Positions 46,287-50,608 of a stretch of 50,608 nt of DNA are shown here, in pieces. Source of the DNA: an uncultured Bacteriovoracaceae bacterium. Lineage in GTDB: Bacteria; Desulfobacterota; Desulfomonilia; UBA1062. Position 1 is the first letter of the stretch, and each line of letters begins with the position of its first letter. The DNA lies in assembly GCA_964422755.1 (NCBI GenBank), contig CAYRCP010000002.1, positions 1 to 50,608 of the forward strand. The letters are read 5' to 3'. A program made the position numbers and the translations under genes. Below the pieces are notes generated by a model that saw only the letters and a program-made list of their open reading frames with translations, was not told the origin of the DNA and did no database searches.

Positions 46287-47126
46287 TCACTGCAAAGGCA
46301 CAGCTATCGTGGTCGACTCGCCTTTTCTCTCCAGTTCAACTTCCACTGAGGATTCGTTCTGCATTTCCTGATATGCATTGAATGCATCCTCCGGCGTTCG
46401 GATGGGTATGCCATTCACAGAACGGATGATGTCGCCGGAGCGTACACCGAGATCATAGACCATGGTCCCCTCTTTGAGATTGCTCACCCTGAATCCGTAG
46501 GGCTCGCCCCCCTTGAAATACGGCACAACTCTGGCAGAGCCGATATATTGATCCAGATTTTTCATGATGGAGCTCATACCTGAAGGACCGGACACGGAAC
46601 TCCCTGGGGAAGATGGTGCTCGTGTTCTTCTTGTTGGTCCGGTGGGTTTCGTTTTTGTTTCTTCGATGACGAGCATCTGCTCCTGGCCATTTACATCCAT
46701 GATCACCTTGTTTCTGTATATTGCTAAAACAGTTGCCCCTTTGACCTCTTCGCCTATTTTATAACTTTTCTGCTCCCTCTTCTCTTCTATAATAGCCCTG
46801 GCGATCTCTTTCGGTCCGGTTATTGTCCCCTTAAGGGTCAACCCCATCTCTGCAATGGGCCGGACAACATCCTTTTCCACCGGGGCTGCACCTGCCGAAG
46901 ACGAACTCTTCCCCACCTGCAGAAGATTTCTTTCGACAATCACATCATATTCCGCTTTGCCCTTGGATACCTTGTTACGTTTTGAAACTTGAATATCAAG
47001 CTTTCCTTGCGGCCCAGGGGGCTCATAGAGGACATGGCCCGCGATAGATGTTATTATACCGGCTGCGACCCACGCAAATAAGGTCAACACAAATAATTCC
47101 AGTAACCACTTGAATCGATTTATCAT
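46287..47126 (-). CDS. gspC: GspC-like protein (TM + HR-like region + PDZ)
   Basis: TM WLLELFVLTLFAWVAAGIITSIA and PDZ GFRVSNLKEGTMVYDLGVRSGDIIRSVNGIPI. It has no SD of its own. Confidence 0.75.
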   Translation of the reverse strand: MINRFKWLLELFVLTLFAWVAAGIITSIAGHVLYEPPGPQGKLDIQVSKRNKVSKGKAEYDVIVERNLLQVGKSSSSAGAAPVEKDVVRPIAEMGLTLKGTITGPKEIARAIIEEKREQKSYKIGEEVKGATVLAIYRNKVIMDVNGQEQMLVIEETKTKPTGPTRRTRAPSSPGSSVSGPSGMSSIMKNLDQYIGSARVVPYFKGGEPYGFRVSNLKEGTMVYDLGVRSGDIIRSVNGIPIRTPEDAFNAYQEMQNESSVEVELERKGESTTIAVPLQ

Positions 47127-47209
47127 GACGGATCTCGAATCAATCGTGAGGGCAAAATATTCCCGGCAGTGATTTGTTTCTCAGAGATGAATTTCCTGCA
47201 CTCTGACAT
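47123..47209 (-). CDS. 28-codon upstream ORF translationally coupled to the gspC-like gene
   Basis: GGGAGG-TAAACAG-ATG, then MSECRKFISEKQITAGNILPSRLIRDPS. Its TGA overlaps the gspC-like ATG (ATGA). Confidence 0.45.
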   Translation of the reverse strand: MSECRKFISEKQITAGNILPSRLIRDPS

Positions 47210-47286
47210 CTGTTTACCTCCCGGTCCTGTCATTATCATATCATACTATCAGGTCTCATAACATGCATACTCTCTCAAAAAAATTC

Positions 47287-49305
47287 TCACACGGTATCAA
47301 ACCCATAAAATCTCATTGAGAAACTACCCCTGCCCCGAGTCAACGATCTGAGCCCTGTGGAATAGCCAAATGTAGCGGACAGGGGGACATAGGCCTTTAT
47401 CTGGTGGTATTTGCCCTTGATAACCACCCCTTCAATGCTCGCCTTCCTGGAACTGAGATCGCCGACAACATCGCCCACATGTTCTTCAGGACAAAGGGCA
47501 TCAAGCTCCATAATGGGCTCCAGTTGCGCAACACCTGCTTTCTTCAGGGCATCCTGCAGGGCCATTTGTGTCGCTATCTTTGTCCCCTGCGGGGTCGTCT
47601 TGTCGCTGAGTATGACCTTTGTTACCTCTACCTCAATATCTACGACATCGTATCCATATACAGGATCCGCCAGACAGGCCTCTTCGAGACCGGCCATGAT
47701 GTATGGTTTCAAATCATCACCTGCATCCGGGACAATCGTGAATGTATTGCCGCTTCCACGCCTCGCAGGACGCGCACAAAGTTCTATCTGGCCGAAATGA
47801 TCCGTTTCCCCGATCTTCTTGTCAAACACAACCTCAGCCACTGAGGGCTGCTGCAGGGTGGAACAATAGAGCACCTGTGGTTTCCCCACATTGATGTCCA
47901 CCCCGAATGCAGTCTTGAACCTGTCTATAGCCACTTCAAGATGAAGCTCGCCCATACCGGCAAGAATAATCTGACCGGTATCCGGATCCTCATTCACCAT
48001 TATGGTGGGATCTTCCTCCATGATCTTCTTCATTGCCTGCAGCAGACGCTCGGAAGAATCCGAACTTTTTGGTTCAATGGCAACCGAAATCACCGGTTTC
48101 AACACATCGATCGGCTCCAGCACGACAGATTGGTCCTGTCCGGTAATGGTATCCCCGGTAACAGAATCTTTCAGACCCACCACGGCAACAATGTCCCCTG
48201 CTACCGCACGGTCTATCCGCTGTTTATGATGGGAATGCATCTGGAACAGTCTGGCAATCTTCTCCCGGGTATCTCTCGTGGTGTTATACACATCCTCACC
48301 CACATTAAGGGTGCCGGAATATAATCTCATATAGACCATTCTCCGGCCTTCATCCATATAGACCTTGAACACATACCCCAAAAGCGATCCGTCAGAGGTG
48401 ATATCCACCTGTATCTCTTCACCGGTCTTTTTGTCATGGGCGATTACGGGTTTGACTTCCTCAGGAGAAGGAAGGTAATCGATAACAGCATCGATCAACG
48501 GCTGTATCCCTTTATTCTTGAGGGCAGAGCCGCACAGTACCGGTACAATGAGATTATCGAGGGTCAGCTTCCTCAGTGTCTCCATTACCCTGTCCTGATC
48601 AGGGATCTCTCCGGCAAGATAGGCCTCCATTATTTCATCGTCATAGTCGGCGAGGGTCTCGAATATATCATCTCTCGCCTGTATTGCATCAGGAAGAAGA
48701 TCGTCTGTTATGGGATAGACATCAAAGGTTGCACCAAGACTGTCCTCATCCCAGAGCAGAAGGCGCCACCCCACAAGATCAACAATGCCTTTGAGATTAT
48801 CCCCTTCGAAGAACGGGAGCTGCAGGGGCAGAGGTTTTACCTCGAGACGGTCGTGCATCTGTTCTATCACGGAATCGAAATCAGCACCGAGTCTGTCTAA
48901 TTTATTCACAAAGGCAACGGTGGGAACATGATATTTCTTACATTGCTGCCACACGGTTTCAGTCTGGGCCTGAACCCCGCCAACGGCGCACAATATCATC
49001 ACGGCGCCGTCAAGCACCCGCAGGCTCCTTTCCACTTCTATGGTGAAATCAACATGGCCGGGCGTATCGATTACATGGATTTCGTGATCGTTCCAGCTGC
49101 AGGTAGTTACCGCAGACGTGATAGTGATACCCCTCTCCTGTTCCTGAGGCATCCAATCCATGGTGGCCTGACCATCGTGAACCTCGCCCATCCGGTGTAT
49201 CTTCCCGGCATAAAAGAGTACCCTCTCTGTAACCGTGGTCTTGCCTGCATCGATATGGGCTACAAAACCCATGTTTCTCACTCGTGTCAGTCTTTTTTTG
49301 CTCAT
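47287..49305 (-). CDS. fusA: Elongation factor G paralogue (672 aa)
   Basis: G1 AHIDAGKTT, G3 DTPGHVDF and G4 NKLDR. It is shorter than typical canonical EF-G and is not in a str operon context. Confidence 0.9.
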   Translation of the reverse strand: MSKKRLTRVRNMGFVAHIDAGKTTVTERVLFYAGKIHRMGEVHDGQATMDWMPQEQERGITITSAVTTCSWNDHEIHVIDTPGHVDFTIEVERSLRVLDGAVMILCAVGGVQAQTETVWQQCKKYHVPTVAFVNKLDRLGADFDSVIEQMHDRLEVKPLPLQLPFFEGDNLKGIVDLVGWRLLLWDEDSLGATFDVYPITDDLLPDAIQARDDIFETLADYDDEIMEAYLAGEIPDQDRVMETLRKLTLDNLIVPVLCGSALKNKGIQPLIDAVIDYLPSPEEVKPVIAHDKKTGEEIQVDITSDGSLLGYVFKVYMDEGRRMVYMRLYSGTLNVGEDVYNTTRDTREKIARLFQMHSHHKQRIDRAVAGDIVAVVGLKDSVTGDTITGQDQSVVLEPIDVLKPVISVAIEPKSSDSSERLLQAMKKIMEEDPTIMVNEDPDTGQIILAGMGELHLEVAIDRFKTAFGVDINVGKPQVLYCSTLQQPSVAEVVFDKKIGETDHFGQIELCARPARRGSGNTFTIVPDAGDDLKPYIMAGLEEACLADPVYGYDVVDIEVEVTKVILSDKTTPQGTKIATQMALQDALKKAGVAQLEPIMELDALCPEEHVGDVVGDLSSRKASIEGVVIKGKYHQIKAYVPLSATFGYSTGLRSLTRGRGSFSMRFYGFDTV

Positions 49306-49327
49306 GAGGATTTCCCTTGCTTATCTA

Positions 49328-50125
49328 TTATACACAAAGATCAACATCATATACATACTTCATTTCTTTACCCAAAAACACCTCCCCAATGTCTATGAAC
49401 TGCTGGGAGAGATCGGACAGATAGTAGACAATTGACTGCTCTCTTCCGGAATCATATCCGTCCCCGATCATTTTTGATACAACCTTGGCCGTGGAATCGG
49501 CCGAATCTATTATACGGACTCCATTTCCCATGACCTGGGCAATAATCCCTTTTAACATGGGATAGTGGGTGCATCCAAGCAGTAACGTATCAATGTCCTG
49601 CGCAATCAGATCGTTGAGATAACGCCGTGCTACCTGCCGGGTAATCTCGTCATCAAACCACCCTTCTTCCACCAGCGGCACAAAAAGCGGACATGCCTGA
49701 GAAAACACCTCGGCTTCGGGTTTCATGGTGTGTATGGCGATATCATATGCCCGGCTTGTTATGGTCGAGGGGGTGCCGATTACCCCTACCCTTCTCCCTT
49801 CTGCTTCCACAACCGCATGCGCACCGGCATCCACAACTCCTACCACAGGAATAGCAAATTTTTCCCTCAATGCAGGGATTGCATGGGCACTGGCGGTATT
49901 GCATGCAACCACAAGCATATCAATGTCTTTAGAAACAAGGAAACCGGCGCACTGGAGGCTGTAGCGAATGATCGTCTTGCTCGACTTCGTCCCGTAGGGA
50001 AGGCGCGCACTGTCCCCCAGATATGCAATATCGATCCCGGGCAACAGATCCAGCAGCCCTTTAAGCACGGTGAGCCCTCCGATGCCTGAATCAAAAACCC
50101 CGATCCTTGTATATTCTTTTTCCAT
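49328..50125 (-). CDS. murI: Glutamate racemase
   Basis: IGVFDSGIGGLTV, VVACNTAS and LGCTHYP. The start is set at MEKEYTRIG (265 aa). The track ORF extends 104 codons further upstream. Confidence 0.93.
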   Translation of the reverse strand: MEKEYTRIGVFDSGIGGLTVLKGLLDLLPGIDIAYLGDSARLPYGTKSSKTIIRYSLQCAGFLVSKDIDMLVVACNTASAHAIPALREKFAIPVVGVVDAGAHAVVEAEGRRVGVIGTPSTITSRAYDIAIHTMKPEAEVFSQACPLFVPLVEEGWFDDEITRQVARRYLNDLIAQDIDTLLLGCTHYPMLKGIIAQVMGNGVRIIDSADSTAKVVSKMIGDGYDSGREQSIVYYLSDLSQQFIDIGEVFLGKEMKYVYDVDLCV

Positions 50126-50339
50126 GGATAACCTGTTCTCTCTTATCTGACATATGATAAATACAATTGCCCATTTTCTATGTTTTTTGCTAACAGCTGT
50201 CAAGCAAAGAGCATTATCTCTCAAGTTCACCATACAATTTCCGAATATTCTTATGAAGGTGCAATTTAACTGTGGCACAACGGTAAAATATGATAAGGGC
50301 ATGCACTGTTGTGACTTGTGCGCTGAACAGGGAGAAAAC

Positions 50340-50608
50340 ATGAACCATGCAATAGCAGTTATCGGTCTGGGATATGTGGGTCTGCCACTGGCTGTGGCGT
50401 TCGGGAAAAAATATCCCACCATGGGTTTCGACATCAATACGTCAAGGATCGATGAGCTGAAGTCATACCGTGACAGAACCCGGGAGATGAGCCCGGAAGA
50501 GCTTAAATGTGCTCCGCATCTTTCCTATACCTGCACTTTTGAAGATCTCAGACAATGCAACACCTATATCATCACCGTCCCCACCCCCATCGATCATTAT
50601 AACAGACC
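50340..50608 (+). CDS. Nucleotide-sugar (UDP-glucose/GDP-mannose-type) dehydrogenase, 5' fragment running off the window
   Basis: The ATG at 50340 follows GGGAGAA. The product MNHAIAVIGLGYVGLPLAVAFGKKYPTMGFDIN...YIITVPTP carries the Rossmann GxGxxG. It is absent from the ORF track because it has no stop in the window. Confidence 0.85.
   Translation, partial: MNHAIAVIGLGYVGLPLAVAFGKKYPTMGFDINTSRIDELKSYRDRTREMSPEELKCAPHLSYTCTFEDLRQCNTYIITVPTPIDHYNR

Noticed and set aside
50126-50437. A 104-codon N-terminal extension of murI in the ORF track. Similar upstream extensions exist for glmM (15867-15914), rpsB (29711-29752), pyrH (28182-28235), mrp (24481-24495) and the ferredoxin (36928-36987).
   Set aside because: The family-typical N-termini begin at internal start codons (an in-frame GTG for pyrH), and most of these are preceded by a good SD. 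The extensions run through promoter regions or upstream genes.

Overview
The window is 50.6 kb of bacterial chromosome with about 47 supportable protein-coding genes. Most are on the minus strand and densely packed, often with 1-4 nt start/stop overlaps. Gene content suggests an anaerobic Desulfobacterota-like organism, but this is inference only: DapL-type lysine pathway, fur-feoA-feoA-feoB, ADP-forming acetyl-CoA synthetase alpha, small 2x[4Fe-4S] ferredoxin and Mrp/NBP35. I found no rRNA, tRNA, CRISPR array, transposase, integrase or phage genes. Clearly housekeeping genes are dapL, dapF, guaA, glmM, rpsB-tsf-pyrH-frr, radA, murI and an EF-G paralogue. Less ordinary content is listed here. 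(1) A compact minus-strand operon (40198-47209) encodes only the envelope half of a type II secretion / MSHA-like machine: GspC-like, GspA/ExeA-like, GspB-like TPR protein, secretin and a PilB/MshE-type ATPase. A Shine-Dalgarno-led 28-codon upstream ORF precedes it and radA follows 2 nt after it. No platform or pseudopilin genes are present in the window. (2) Second-messenger parts are dense: a tandem PilZ protein, a GGDEF cyclase with I-site, a tandem cNMP-binding protein and an MshEN-like N-terminus on the ATPase. (3) A predicted tandem ribbon-helix-helix protein is translationally coupled to a 7-TM protein with HEAT repeats. (4) A PurF homologue lacks the N-terminal catalytic Cys. (5) A stand-alone GlmU-acetyltransferase-like protein lies behind glmM. 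(6) An uncalled 62-aa ORF lies behind trmO. (7) Two families of dispersed intergenic repeats generate spurious ORFs. No single region is unambiguously a new system, and the secretin module and the RHH/HEAT pair are my best candidates. All calls come from reading motifs by eye. No database search, folding or statistics were run.
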